Shown here in pieces: positions 25,543-35,271 of a DNA stretch of 64,000 nucleotides; position 1 is the first letter of the stretch, and every line of letters begins with the position of its first letter. Under the pieces are notes generated by a model, which had not been told where the DNA came from, did no database searches, and worked only from the letters and a program-made list of their open reading frames with translations. A program made the position numbers and the translations under genes. Source of the DNA: a virus (Duplodnaviria; Caudoviricetes); the IMG/VR virus record IMGVR_UViG_2847680403_000002, positions 2,885-66,884 of that record, one strand, 5' to 3'.

Positions 25543-25979
25543 TCGATCCCCGCGTCCAGGCCCTGTGCGAGGAGTTCGAAGTCCGGATTGTGCCGAAGTC
25601 GGTATATCCGGGCCCGGGTGAGACGCGCGCCGTCGGTGCGCTGGCCAAGATCATCAATCGCCACGGCATGGAACACGCGCGGCTCGTGATGACGACGCTG
25701 GCAGAAACCGAGAACAACAAGGCAGCGCTCGAGGCGGCTGTGTTCGGCGCTGCGTCCGATCTGATCCGGGCAAGGCCCGAGTGGGTCGAGGATACCTCCA
25801 AATGGCTGGCGGTGTGGGATCGGTGCCCGGTTGGCGAGTTGCAGGCCTTGACGCACGAATTGCGCGGCCACGTATCGATGCGCAGCGCGCTCGCCGGCCT
25901 TATCTACGAACGGCTGTGGCGTGCGTTTGGTCCGCGTTCCATTCAACCAGATCTCTATGACGACAGGCGGCGAGCATGA
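25539..25979 (+). CDS. Hypothetical phage protein
   Basis: MIDPRVQ... coupled. Confidence 0.65.
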   Translation: MIDPRVQALCEEFEVRIVPKSVYPGPGETRAVGALAKIINRHGMEHARLVMTTLAETENNKAALEAAVFGAASDLIRARPEWVEDTSKWLAVWDRCPVGELQALTHELRGHVSMRSALAGLIYERLWRAFGPRSIQPDLYDDRRRA

Positions 25980-26698
25980 ACATCGGCGATATCGCGAACA
26001 TCTTCATCCGAGCGGCCGAGATCGACCGCAACAGCCACGAGCACGTCGGGCCCCACGCTTTGCGAGCCCAACAGCTTCCCTATGTCCACGACCAGGCCGA
26101 CAAGAACGGCTGGGGCAAGGCCAGGGAAAAGCGCGTCGTGAGGCGGGGCAAGCTCATCCAAGGCGACTGGCTGGAGGAGGGCGACGATCCATTGGCGGCC
26201 GAGCGCAAAGCGTTCTTCGATCGAGTGGCGGCCATGCCGACTGCGGCTGAGATTACGCTTGTCGAAAGCCTGTTCGACTGGCTCCAGGCAACGGACGATG
26301 ATGCCGAGCGCCGCGCGCTATGGGCATGGGCTCGTGCCAAGGCTGGCGGCAAGGCATTCCGTCGCTGGTGCTTCACTGTCGAAGGCATCCATCCCGAGAC
26401 TGGTAGAAGGCGAAAAGATCGTGCCTTGGAGCGAATTTCGCGTCATCTTGCCGGGAAACAGCGTTTGCATGCACAAAACCCCGAAATCAGGGTGTTGTCA
26501 TGCGGCCATGAAATCAGGGATGTTTCGGATACGATCGCCGAAGATGCGGGCAAACGAGACAACCTCAATTCATGGCTGGCAGATGATGCCTTTGCACCGT
26601 TCATGAGCAACGAGCCACAGGCGGCTTTCTCCTGGGCGAAGAAGCGGAACGAGATGCGTCGGCAGCGCGAGGCGAAGCGCCAGAAGCAGGCGGCTTAG
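25976..26698 (+). CDS. Hypothetical protein, possible late-gene regulator
   Basis: Last early gene before packaging module; helical HTH-like segment. Confidence 0.55.
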   Translation: MNIGDIANIFIRAAEIDRNSHEHVGPHALRAQQLPYVHDQADKNGWGKAREKRVVRRGKLIQGDWLEEGDDPLAAERKAFFDRVAAMPTAAEITLVESLFDWLQATDDDAERRALWAWARAKAGGKAFRRWCFTVEGIHPETGRRRKDRALERISRHLAGKQRLHAQNPEIRVLSCGHEIRDVSDTIAEDAGKRDNLNSWLADDAFAPFMSNEPQAAFSWAKKRNEMRRQREAKRQKQAA

Positions 26699-27294
26699 CC
26701 CGGCAGCGGGGGAGTATGGACGAAAGCGTCATAAGTCCACCATGCGCCAACGCCGAAGGCGGCGAATGACGCAAGGCCGAGCAAAATCACGACGACGTTG
26801 GCGACGAGTCCTGCCATCTTTGTGGCAGGTGTGTCGTATCCATAAAGCCATTGGGACAAGTACGTGCCTCCGGAAACCAATCCGGCGAGGAGTGTTCCAA
26901 AGACGAATGGCGCGAGGCAGCCGGCGAAAGTCGGGATAGATGATGATCGGATGCTGGCTAGGTGCCCGAGAAATGCCAGCAGAGCTACTGAAGCCCCTCC
27001 GTTTATCGTTGTCATGCTGCGGATGGCGTTCTGGCCCAGTGTGATCACGGAGCGGAACATTTCCAAGTCGGTGGCGTGGGCGAGTTTGATGTTCTCAACG
27101 TGCTGCGTGAGTTCTGCCTTATATCGTTCGAGCTCGGCCGGCGACGGGTTCGGTTCCGGTGATTGTTCTACCCTGGCGAGGTAGTTGATCAGATTCTCGG
27201 TGGTCACCGCCTCTAGGCCGTTGGCCTGCAATGTTTCAATTTCGGACTTCAGTCGTCCCGCAAACTCTCTGATCCCCATGCCCATTCTCCCCAA
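26695..27294 (-). CDS. Moron: multi-TM membrane protein
   Basis: INGGASVALLAFLG plus further TM segments; true start may be slightly downstream. Confidence 0.75.
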   Translation of the reverse strand: MGRMGMGIREFAGRLKSEIETLQANGLEAVTTENLINYLARVEQSPEPNPSPAELERYKAELTQHVENIKLAHATDLEMFRSVITLGQNAIRSMTTINGGASVALLAFLGHLASIRSSSIPTFAGCLAPFVFGTLLAGLVSGGTYLSQWLYGYDTPATKMAGLVANVVVILLGLASFAAFGVGAWWTYDAFVHTPPLPG

Positions 27295-27355
27295 TGCCCG
27301 TCATGAGAGCTTCGCCCAGGCGTTGGCAAAGGGCAAGTCAGCGGGCCGGCGGTGA
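27278..27355 (+). pseudogene. Relic N-terminus of an alternative terminase small subunit
   Basis: Translates MPILPNARHESFAQALAKGKSAGRR*, resembling TerS N-termini of the MPxLxNxRHExFAQ type. Confidence 0.5.
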
Positions 27356-27365
27356 AGGGATTCGC

Positions 27366-27719
27366 CTAAAGCGCCTCGTTGAGGATCTGCTTCAGTCGCT
27401 GGGCAGAAGCTGATGGAAGATAAAACCCCATCCAACCGGCTCCTGGGTGCCTGATAGCCAGAACGACGCCATCACGATCTGGCCCGGGAGTGATCTTCCA
27501 AAACGGATTGACCAGCGCGGTGATGGCGGCGTTGGGATCAAGATCCGTGGGGACCTCGTCGGTCATATCCGCCCTTGCACGGATGAATGACGCGATGATC
27601 TCAGACAGTTCCTCGGGGCTGGTGAGGCTCCACGCTGTCATCTCTCCTGCTACATGGGTTTCAATCCGTGCCGCGCTACGATCGGGAGTGAGGCCGATGA
27701 CGTACTCAGCTTTCTGCAT
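27366..27719 (-). CDS. Moron: hypothetical protein
   Basis: 117 aa, LAIRHPGAGWMGF. Confidence 0.65.
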   Translation of the reverse strand: MQKAEYVIGLTPDRSAARIETHVAGEMTAWSLTSPEELSEIIASFIRARADMTDEVPTDLDPNAAITALVNPFWKITPGPDRDGVVLAIRHPGAGWMGFYLPSASAQRLKQILNEAL

Positions 27720-27776
27720 CGGTGACCATCCATCGTTCGATTAGCCGCAACGTCGTCGAAGCAAAGGTAATCTCAC

Positions 27777-28202
27777 GTGACGCTCACTGACAAGCAGCAG
27801 CGCTTCGTCGCCGAGTACGTCATCGACTTGAACGCCACACAGGCCGCAATCCGGGCTGGATACGCAGCAAAGACGGCAAATCGCGAAGGGTCGCGGCTGC
27901 TGTCAAATGTAGACATCGCAGATGCGATCGCCCGAAAAGCGGCAGAGAAGGCCGCAGCGCTCGATCTAAGCGCGGAGAGGGTGCTCAAAGGTCTGTTTGA
28001 GGAGGCGACCCGTACCGGCGAGGGAAGCTCCCACGGTGCCCGTGTGTCGGCCTGGGGACTACTCGGAAAATACCATTCGCTGTTCACCGATAAGATCGAG
28101 GCGAGCGTTACCGCCGATGTGACAGTGACTGACGCAAGAGGACAGCTTGAATCTCTCATCGCTCGCCAGCTTGCCGCCGGAGGTAAGAAGCCAGGCGCTT
28201 AG
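27777..28202 (+). CDS. Terminase small subunit
   Basis: LTDKQQRFVAEYVIDLNATQAAIRAGY. Confidence 0.92.
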   Translation: MTLTDKQQRFVAEYVIDLNATQAAIRAGYAAKTANREGSRLLSNVDIADAIARKAAEKAAALDLSAERVLKGLFEEATRTGEGSSHGARVSAWGLLGKYHSLFTDKIEASVTADVTVTDARGQLESLIARQLAAGGKKPGA

Positions 28203-29475
28203 CAGCCTGACCGATCAACAGTGCCGCGAACTTCTGCATGACTGGCGGTTTCTCGCCCGTCCAGAGCAACTGGAACCGGAAGGTGATTGGCAAACCTGGA
28301 TGATCCTCGCCGGCCGCGGCTTCGGCAAGACGAGAACCGGCGCGGAGTGGACCCGAGAGCAGGTGAGGGCCGGTGCTACCAGGCTGCATCTCATCGCTCC
28401 GACGGCGTCCGACGCCCGCGATGTCATGGTGGAGGGCGAAAGCGGGTTGCTGGCGGTATGTTGGTCGGGAGACCGGACTTACGCCGGCGAGCCGATAGGC
28501 CGCCCATCCTATGAGCCATCCAAGCGCCGGCTGACGTGGGCCAATGGCGCCATTGCCACCCTGTTCTCAGCGGAGGAGCCAGAACGTCTTCGCGGTCCTC
28601 AGGCCGAAGCAATGTGGTGCGACGAGCTCGCGGCATGGAAGTATCTGCGCGAGACCTGGGACATGGCCATGTTCGGTCTTCGCCTCGGCGACCGACCGCG
28701 GACCTGCATCACCACCACACCGAAGCCGCTGAAGATCCTGCGTGAGATCATGCAGGACAAGCTCACGGTGGTGACGCGGGGCTCTACCTTCGCGAATTCT
28801 GCCAACCTTGCCCCGACCTTCCTCAAGGCGATCAAGGACAAATACGAAGGCACTCGCCTCGGCCGACAGGAACTTGAAGCGGAAGTGCTGGAGGAAGCCG
28901 AGGGGGCTCTATGGAGCCGCGCCTTGGTCGAGCAGTCCCTGCTTAAGGGCGCGTTGCCCGAAATGAAGCGGATTGTCGTCGCAGTCGATCCGGCAGTGAC
29001 TGCCAAAGAGGAAAGTGCGGAGAGTGGCATCATTGCAGCCGGATTGGGGCGAGATGACCGCGGATACGTCCTGCAGGATGCATCGGGCCGCATGTCGCCA
29101 GGCAAATGGGCGGCAACCGCGGTGAGACTCTACCACGATCTCAAAGCCGACCGGATTGTGGCCGAGGGCAACCAGGGCGGTGATTTGGTCAAACATGCAA
29201 TCCACACCATCGATGCCACCGTGCCAGTGACGATCGTCCACGCTTCTCGCGGCAAAGCAGCTCGAGCCGAACCTGTGGCCGCACTCTACGAACAGGGCAA
29301 GGTCAGCCACGTGAAAGGCCTAGCCGATCTCGAAGACCAGATGGTGAATTGGGAACCCCTTTCAGGGATGCCTTCTCCCGATCGCCTCGACGCTGCAGTG
29401 TGGGCCTTAACTGCGCTGATGCTGACCCAAGTTGTGCCGACCGCGGTTGTCGGCACCTATCAAACCGCACGGTAG
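28147..29475 (+). CDS. Terminase large subunit
   Basis: AGRGFGKTR Walker A, WCDELAAW Walker B, VAVDP...SPDRLDA nuclease. Confidence 0.95.
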   Translation: MNLSSLASLPPEVRSQALSSLTDQQCRELLHDWRFLARPEQLEPEGDWQTWMILAGRGFGKTRTGAEWTREQVRAGATRLHLIAPTASDARDVMVEGESGLLAVCWSGDRTYAGEPIGRPSYEPSKRRLTWANGAIATLFSAEEPERLRGPQAEAMWCDELAAWKYLRETWDMAMFGLRLGDRPRTCITTTPKPLKILREIMQDKLTVVTRGSTFANSANLAPTFLKAIKDKYEGTRLGRQELEAEVLEEAEGALWSRALVEQSLLKGALPEMKRIVVAVDPAVTAKEESAESGIIAAGLGRDDRGYVLQDASGRMSPGKWAATAVRLYHDLKADRIVAEGNQGGDLVKHAIHTIDATVPVTIVHASRGKAARAEPVAALYEQGKVSHVKGLADLEDQMVNWEPLSGMPSPDRLDAAVWALTALMLTQVVPTAVVGTYQTAR

Positions 29476-29477
29476 CC

Positions 29478-31001
29478 ATGGCACTCGAACCAAAGAACGA
29501 TCCGTCGAACCCATCGGCGGATTACAAGGCTATGGCGCCTGATTGGGCGATGATTGCCGATATCCGCGCCGGCGCTCGCCGTGTGAAGGAGAAGGGCGAG
29601 CTCTACCTGCCTCGGTACGAGAACGAAGCTGTTTCGGCCTACAAGAAACGGCTGGAGGCGACGCCTTGGCGGCCTGAGTTTGTCGACGCGCTGCGCAATC
29701 TGTGCTCGAAGCCTTTCACTAAGGCTGTAGCGCTGCAGGGGACAGTGCCCGACGCGATCAAGGAGATTGCTGAGGATATCGACGGGGAGGGCAACGACCT
29801 TCACAGCTTCGCCCGGGCTCAGTTCGTAGAAGGCGTGGCAGCCGGCGTGGTCGGCATCTACGTCACCTATCCAGACAGCGAGCCGGCTAAGACGGTTGCC
29901 GAGGAGAAGAAGGCCGGCACGCGCCCCTATTGGGTTCCGCTCCTCGCCGAGAACATCCTCGCTCTCTACACGGTCAAGGTGAACGGGCGCGATCTGGTCC
30001 AGCATATCCGCCTTCGTGAATGCCATGTCGAGCGCGATGGCTACGCCGAGAAGGAAACGGAGCGGGTCCGCGTTATCGACATTGCGGCGCATGGCGCTTC
30101 GCCGACATGGGAGTTGTTTGAGAAGCAGGTCGACGCGACAACGAGGGATGTCACTTGGGTCTCGGTCGGCCGCGGCGCGATCACACTCGACCTGATCCCG
30201 ATCGTCCTGTTCTTCACTGGTGAGCGCTCCGGCATCTATCGAGTGAAGCCGCCGCTGATCGACTTGGCGGTCATGCAGATGGAGATCTATCGCGCACTGA
30301 GCCGCGAGGATGAGATCCTGACCTTCGCCGGATCTCCGATGCTCAAGGCGAAGGGGATGAACCCGCCTGCGCCGACCACCGCTCCGGTCGTCGTGGATGG
30401 CAGGGAACGACTGGTCGAGACACCCGCGCCCCAGATCACCGTCGGGCCGAAGACTGTGCTCTTCGCCCCGCCAAGCGAAAACAACCAGGCTGATTGGGAT
30501 TTCATCCAGCCTGATGCAGCCAACATCACAGCGGTATCGGAAAGCGTCGACAACAAGATCGACCACTTTCGACGGCTCGCGCTTCAGCCAGCCACTCGAA
30601 AGTCGGGCAATCTGGTCGCCACGGTATCCGCGATCGACGCCGCCAAGGCGCACAGCGCCGTCGAGGTCTGGGCAAACGGGCTGAAGGACGTGTTGGAGCA
30701 GGCCTTCGTCTTCACCTGCATGTGGATGAAGATCGCGACCACGGTCGAGGTCTCGGTGCATACCGACTTCGGCATTGATGCCGGCGGCACCGATGAGACG
30801 GGCAATCTGCTCGAAGCCCGGAAGAATGGCGACCTGTCCCAGCGCACCCTGTGGGACGAAATGCAGCGCCGCGGCACGCTCGGGCCTCAGTTTGATCCTG
30901 AAGTGGAAGAGCAGCGCCTGCTCGAAGAAGTGCCCGGCGAAGACAGCCCCGACGATATTGAGGCTGCAACGACGCCTCGCAAGCCGGCAAACGCGGCCTG
31001 A
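29478..31001 (+). CDS. Portal protein (DUF4055-like)
   Basis: YLPRYENE...YKKRL...PPLIDLA; follows terL. Confidence 0.85.
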   Translation: MALEPKNDPSNPSADYKAMAPDWAMIADIRAGARRVKEKGELYLPRYENEAVSAYKKRLEATPWRPEFVDALRNLCSKPFTKAVALQGTVPDAIKEIAEDIDGEGNDLHSFARAQFVEGVAAGVVGIYVTYPDSEPAKTVAEEKKAGTRPYWVPLLAENILALYTVKVNGRDLVQHIRLRECHVERDGYAEKETERVRVIDIAAHGASPTWELFEKQVDATTRDVTWVSVGRGAITLDLIPIVLFFTGERSGIYRVKPPLIDLAVMQMEIYRALSREDEILTFAGSPMLKAKGMNPPAPTTAPVVVDGRERLVETPAPQITVGPKTVLFAPPSENNQADWDFIQPDAANITAVSESVDNKIDHFRRLALQPATRKSGNLVATVSAIDAAKAHSAVEVWANGLKDVLEQAFVFTCMWMKIATTVEVSVHTDFGIDAGGTDETGNLLEARKNGDLSQRTLWDEMQRRGTLGPQFDPEVEEQRLLEEVPGEDSPDDIEAATTPRKPANAA

Positions 31002-31098
31002 TCAACACAAGTTTTGGATTTTGCCTGCCCAACGGATGTTTGGCGGGTGTTTCGGCGCGGATGCGCCATAGCCGGGCGGATGCCCAGAAAGACCAGCA

Positions 31099-31899
31099 AT
31101 GAAACTGAAACTCGTGACTGTCGAAGGGAAGACCTACGCCGAGGTGCAGGACGGCAAGCCCGTCTTTGTCCATGACGACGGCAAAGAGGTCGCATTCGAT
31201 GCTGTCGGTACCGTCGCCACGATCACAAGGCTGAATGGCGAGGCCAAGACGCACCGTGAGGCCAAGGAAGCCGCCGAGACCAAGCTGAAGGCCTTCGAAG
31301 GCATCGAGGACGGCGAGGCGGCCCGTGCTGCACTGGAAACGGTCAAGAACCTGGATGCCGGCAAGCTCATGGAAGCTGGCAAGGTCGAGGAACTGAAGGC
31401 CGGTATCAAGAAAGCAGCTGAGGAATCCGTCGCCGCTGCGAACAAGGCCAATGCCGAAGCGCTGGCCGCTGAGAAGGCGCGTGGTGACAAGCTGGAGCTC
31501 GCCCTCAACGGTGAGATGATCGGCGGCAGGTTTGCTCGCTCCCAGTATGTCGGCGACAAGCTCGTCCTGCCTGGTCCTGCCGCTCAGAAGGTCTTCGGCG
31601 ATCATTTCAAGATCGAGGATGGCAAGGTCGTGGCGTACGACGCCGCCGGCAACAAGCTGTTCTCTCGCGCTAAGCCCGGCGAAATCGCCGAGTTCGATGA
31701 AGCCATGGAGATCCTGGTCGATGCTTATCCCTACAAGGACAGCATCCTGAAGGGTACCGGCCACAAAGGCGACGGTTCGCGCGGCAGCCAGGGCAATGGG
31801 CAGGGCGGCGCTAAGACCATGTCCCGGCAGGCATTCGATGCGCTCGATCCCGCGTCCAAGTCCGCAAAGATCAAAGAGGGCTACACCCTCACTGAATAG
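31099..31899 (+). CDS. Capsid scaffolding protein
   Basis: Ala/Lys/Glu coiled coil between portal and capsid. Confidence 0.75.
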   Translation: MKLKLVTVEGKTYAEVQDGKPVFVHDDGKEVAFDAVGTVATITRLNGEAKTHREAKEAAETKLKAFEGIEDGEAARAALETVKNLDAGKLMEAGKVEELKAGIKKAAEESVAAANKANAEALAAEKARGDKLELALNGEMIGGRFARSQYVGDKLVLPGPAAQKVFGDHFKIEDGKVVAYDAAGNKLFSRAKPGEIAEFDEAMEILVDAYPYKDSILKGTGHKGDGSRGSQGNGQGGAKTMSRQAFDALDPASKSAKIKEGYTLTE

Positions 31900-32005
31900 C
31901 GTCCCCACGACGCTGTGACTGCCCCACGCGGATGCGGGACGGGGCGACCGGGCTGGATGGCCCAATTCCCCCAAACATCAATCCCAAATCTGAAAGGTAG
32001 CCACC

Positions 32006-33169
32006 ATGGGTAATACTCTGACGGGCCTCGTCCCGACTATCTACAACGCGCTGGACGTGGTTTCGCGCGAATTGGTCGGGCTCATCCCGGCTGTGACCTC
32101 GGACATGACCTATGCGCGCGCCGCAGTTGGTCAGACCGTCATGTCGCCGGTTACCCCGGCTGCAACGGCCACCGATATCACTCCGGCCGTGACGCCGCCG
32201 AACGATGGTGACCAGACCATCGGTAACGTGCCGATGACCATCACCAAAGCTCGCCGTGTCCCGATCCGCTGGAATGGCGAGGAAAAGCTCGGCCTCGACA
32301 ACAACGGCGCCAGCTACAACACCATCCTTTCCAACCAGTTCCAGCAGGGCATGCGTACCTTGGTGAACGAGGTGGAAGGCGATTTGGCCGCACTGCACAC
32401 CAAGGCCTCTCGCGCTTACGGTACCCCGGGCACCGCGCCTTTCGGCACCCCTGCTGACCTGAGCGATTCCGCAGGCGCTCTTCGCATCCTGGAGGAGAAC
32501 GGTGCTCAGGGCCTCGACTTCCAGCTTGCCCTTGGCACCGCCGCCATGGCCAATCTGCGCGGCAAGCAGTCGGTACTGTTCAAGGTGAACGAAGCCGGCC
32601 GCGAAGACATGCTGCGAAACGGCATCACCGATCGCCTGCAGAACCTTGCGCTGCGCCAGTCGGCTCAGATCAAGACCTTCACGGCGGGTACCGGCGCAGC
32701 GGCCACCACCAACGCCACGGGCTATGCCGTCGGCGCCACTGCGATCACCCTGGCTTCGGCCGGCACCGGTACCATCCTCGCGGGCGATGTGATCAGCTTC
32801 GCTGGTGATACCAACAAGTACGTTGTAGCCGCAGGGGACACGGATGTGTCCAATGGCGGCGTCATCACCATTGCAGCCCCTGGCCTGCAGAAGGCAATCC
32901 CGGCTGCGGCCACGGCGATTACGGTGTCTGCAACGGGCGCGCGCAACATGTTCTTCGCTCGCTCTGCCATCGCTCTGGCCACTCGCGCTCCGGCGCTGCC
33001 GCCGCAGGGTGACTCGGCCATCGATCGCATGATCGTGACCGATGCGCTGACCGGCCTGAGCTTCGAAGTCTCGATGTACGCCCAGTACCGCCAGATGCAG
33101 TACGAAGTCGCGCTGGCGTGGGGCTGCGCCGCAATCAAGCCTGAACATATCGGCCTGCTGCTCGGCTAA
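32006..33169 (+). CDS. Major capsid protein (P22 coat-like)
   Basis: NTLTGLVPTIYNALDVVSRELVG...YRQMQYEVALAWG; followed by terminator. Confidence 0.85.
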   Translation: MGNTLTGLVPTIYNALDVVSRELVGLIPAVTSDMTYARAAVGQTVMSPVTPAATATDITPAVTPPNDGDQTIGNVPMTITKARRVPIRWNGEEKLGLDNNGASYNTILSNQFQQGMRTLVNEVEGDLAALHTKASRAYGTPGTAPFGTPADLSDSAGALRILEENGAQGLDFQLALGTAAMANLRGKQSVLFKVNEAGREDMLRNGITDRLQNLALRQSAQIKTFTAGTGAAATTNATGYAVGATAITLASAGTGTILAGDVISFAGDTNKYVVAAGDTDVSNGGVITIAAPGLQKAIPAAATAITVSATGARNMFFARSAIALATRAPALPPQGDSAIDRMIVTDALTGLSFEVSMYAQYRQMQYEVALAWGCAAIKPEHIGLLLG

Positions 33170-33183
33170 GCCTTCCGTCATCG

Positions 33184-33215
33184 ACGGGCGCGCTTCGGTG
33201 CGCCCGTTCCTCTTT
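33184..33215 (+). terminator. Hairpin terminator after capsid gene
   Basis: ACGGGCGCGC-ttcg-GTGCGCCCGT followed by tcctcttt. Confidence 0.6.
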
Positions 33216-33232
33216 CAATCAGGATCAACGAC

Positions 33233-33517
33233 ATGAAAACGATCAAGGTTCAGCCTTGGGGCGAAGATCAGGGCGAGTACGTGCTGATCAACGAGGAAGA
33301 CTTCGACGCCAAGTTCCACGAGCCCTTCGATGAAGGTGCGCAGCCGACCGACGCGCCGAAAATCGAACTCGGTACCGACAGCGGCGAGGAGTTCAGCGAC
33401 GAGCAGCTTCGCGACGCCATCGAAGCAGCTAGCGGTCAGCGTCCCCACCACATGACGGGTCGCGCCAAGCTGATTGCGCAATTCAACGAACTCAATGCAG
33501 AGGCGGCGGCCGAGTAG
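33233..33517 (+). CDS. Small acidic head-associated protein
   Basis: 94 aa after capsid gene. Confidence 0.65.
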   Translation: MKTIKVQPWGEDQGEYVLINEEDFDAKFHEPFDEGAQPTDAPKIELGTDSGEEFSDEQLRDAIEAASGQRPHHMTGRAKLIAQFNELNAEAAAE

Positions 33518-33530
33518 GGCCGAGTGAACT

Positions 33531-34055
33531 ATGCTCATCGTCGAGGATGGCTCCGGCCTTGCCAATGCAGAAAGCTACGTCAGCGTGAGCGATGCCGTGG
33601 CGTATGCCGCTGCGCGCGCGCTCACGTTCCCTGCAAGCCCCACCGACAAGGCTGAAGCAGCGCTGCGCCGTGCAACAGCCTACATCGACAACACCTATCG
33701 CACGCGGTTCCCAGGCCAGCGGAAGGAGTTCCGCCTGCAGGCTTTGGAATGGCCTCGCGTCGGCGTTGTCGACATGAACGGGTTTCCGGTCACGAGCGAC
33801 GAGATCCCGGTCGAGATCGTCCGGGCCGCTTGTGAAGCAGCGGTACGTGAACTGGCAGCGCCTGGTTCGCTCACGCCAGACGTAACGCCCGGCAAGGTGA
33901 AGAAACGCGCCAAGGTTGGAGACATCGAGGTCGAATATGCGGTGGGTGGCGGTGGCGTTGCGAGCCAGCAGCCGATCTCGCCGATTATCGACGGGATACT
34001 CGCTGCGCTGATCGGCATAGGGCAACCGTTCACAGCTTCGGCGGTGCGCGGATGA
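33531..34055 (+). CDS. Head-tail adaptor (DnaT-like family)
   Basis: LIVEDGSGLANAESYVS...QALEWPR. Confidence 0.8.
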   Translation: MLIVEDGSGLANAESYVSVSDAVAYAAARALTFPASPTDKAEAALRRATAYIDNTYRTRFPGQRKEFRLQALEWPRVGVVDMNGFPVTSDEIPVEIVRAACEAAVRELAAPGSLTPDVTPGKVKKRAKVGDIEVEYAVGGGGVASQQPISPIIDGILAALIGIGQPFTASAVRG

Positions 34056-34411
34056 CCGGCTTCTACGAAGAACTCCGCGGCGTGGCCGACGAACTGTTTG
34101 GCGAGTTCAAGCAGGGGAGCGTGCAACTCCGCCGCGTCACCACAACGCCGGGCCCGAACGAATGGGACCCGCCGACTGAGACGACTGAGACGTGGGAACT
34201 GGGCGCAGCGGTGAAGCGTGTCGACCAGCGTTACGAGAATGGCATCTTGATCGTGCAGACCGGCGACATCGTGACGTTTGCCGTGCCGCCAGTGGCGCCG
34301 ATCCTGAGCGACGGACTCGTCATCGACGGCACTCTTCGGGCGATCACCAGCCTGCGCCCTACGCCGTCAGCGGGCACTGTAGTGGCCTGGGAGGTGTTCT
34401 GTGCCGCCTAA
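34052..34411 (+). CDS. Head closure/completion protein
   Basis: Position and size. Confidence 0.65.
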   Translation: MTGFYEELRGVADELFGEFKQGSVQLRRVTTTPGPNEWDPPTETTETWELGAAVKRVDQRYENGILIVQTGDIVTFAVPPVAPILSDGLVIDGTLRAITSLRPTPSAGTVVAWEVFCAA

Positions 34412-34513
34412 GTAAGTGTGTAAAAGATGGCTTAGAATAGAGCCGATGATATTGCGGACTCACTTGGATTTTGTTTACGTTACTGCGCGGAGAAAATTGC
34501 CAAGGGGGATTAG

Positions 34514-35242
34514 ATGTGTCGAGCGCTGGCTATTTGCTTAACTGTGGTAGTCGCTGGGTGTACAACTGGTGGAGATATGAATGATTTAACTCCGGTTGGG
34601 TACACAGCGCTTAACCCGACAAGCACTGGTGTTAAAGTTGGCCACCTTTATTTTGAAGGACCTGGTAAACGTCCAGCCTTCAAGACGGCAAACGGTAGGC
34701 TTTACAGTTCCCTATGCTACATAGATTTTGAAAAGACACCGCCGCTTATCGATATTGGAAAACACGTAGTTGATGAGGGTGTGAGCGTTTCCAAACTAGA
34801 TACGAGCGACTCGGGTAACCTTAGCGGTTCCGGGTCAATACCAACTCTGGGCGCTGCAGCGGCCGGCGCTAGTGCGGGGGCCAAGAAAGGCTACGTTGTC
34901 GAGAACTTGCATGTATTCACTCTTGCCGGCGACGGCGACGTAGTGGTGCGCAAATCCATTAAGCCGAATTGTCGTGATCAAATCCGAACCCTCAAAAGAG
35001 CAAACAAGAACGTTGTTCTCGCAACCGGTGCCACGCGTGCGGAAACGCTCTCTGAAACAAAGAGCTACAGCCTGCAAGGGAACATAGGTGGGGAATTCAA
35101 GGTCAAGATCGGGAACGAAAAAAAGGCAGCTACCTTTCAAGTGGACACCGGGGAAAAACAAGGCGGAGGGTTCACACACGCAAAAACCCTGACCAGAAAA
35201 AATGTCTATCTTTCAGTTAAGCTAGACCGGTTTCAACAATAG
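34514..35242 (+). CDS. Moron lipoprotein
   Basis: Lipobox VVAGC; visibly lower GC; own AT-rich upstream region. Confidence 0.75.
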   Translation: MCRALAICLTVVVAGCTTGGDMNDLTPVGYTALNPTSTGVKVGHLYFEGPGKRPAFKTANGRLYSSLCYIDFEKTPPLIDIGKHVVDEGVSVSKLDTSDSGNLSGSGSIPTLGAAAAGASAGAKKGYVVENLHVFTLAGDGDVVVRKSIKPNCRDQIRTLKRANKNVVLATGATRAETLSETKSYSLQGNIGGEFKVKIGNEKKAATFQVDTGEKQGGGFTHAKTLTRKNVYLSVKLDRFQQ

Positions 35243-35271
35243 CGGGCAAAAGGCCTGCGCATGGCGGGCTC

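Noticed and set aside
29460-33181. Long minus-strand ORFs (433, 420, 430 aa)
   Set aside because: Shadows of portal, scaffold and capsid genes in GC-rich DNA
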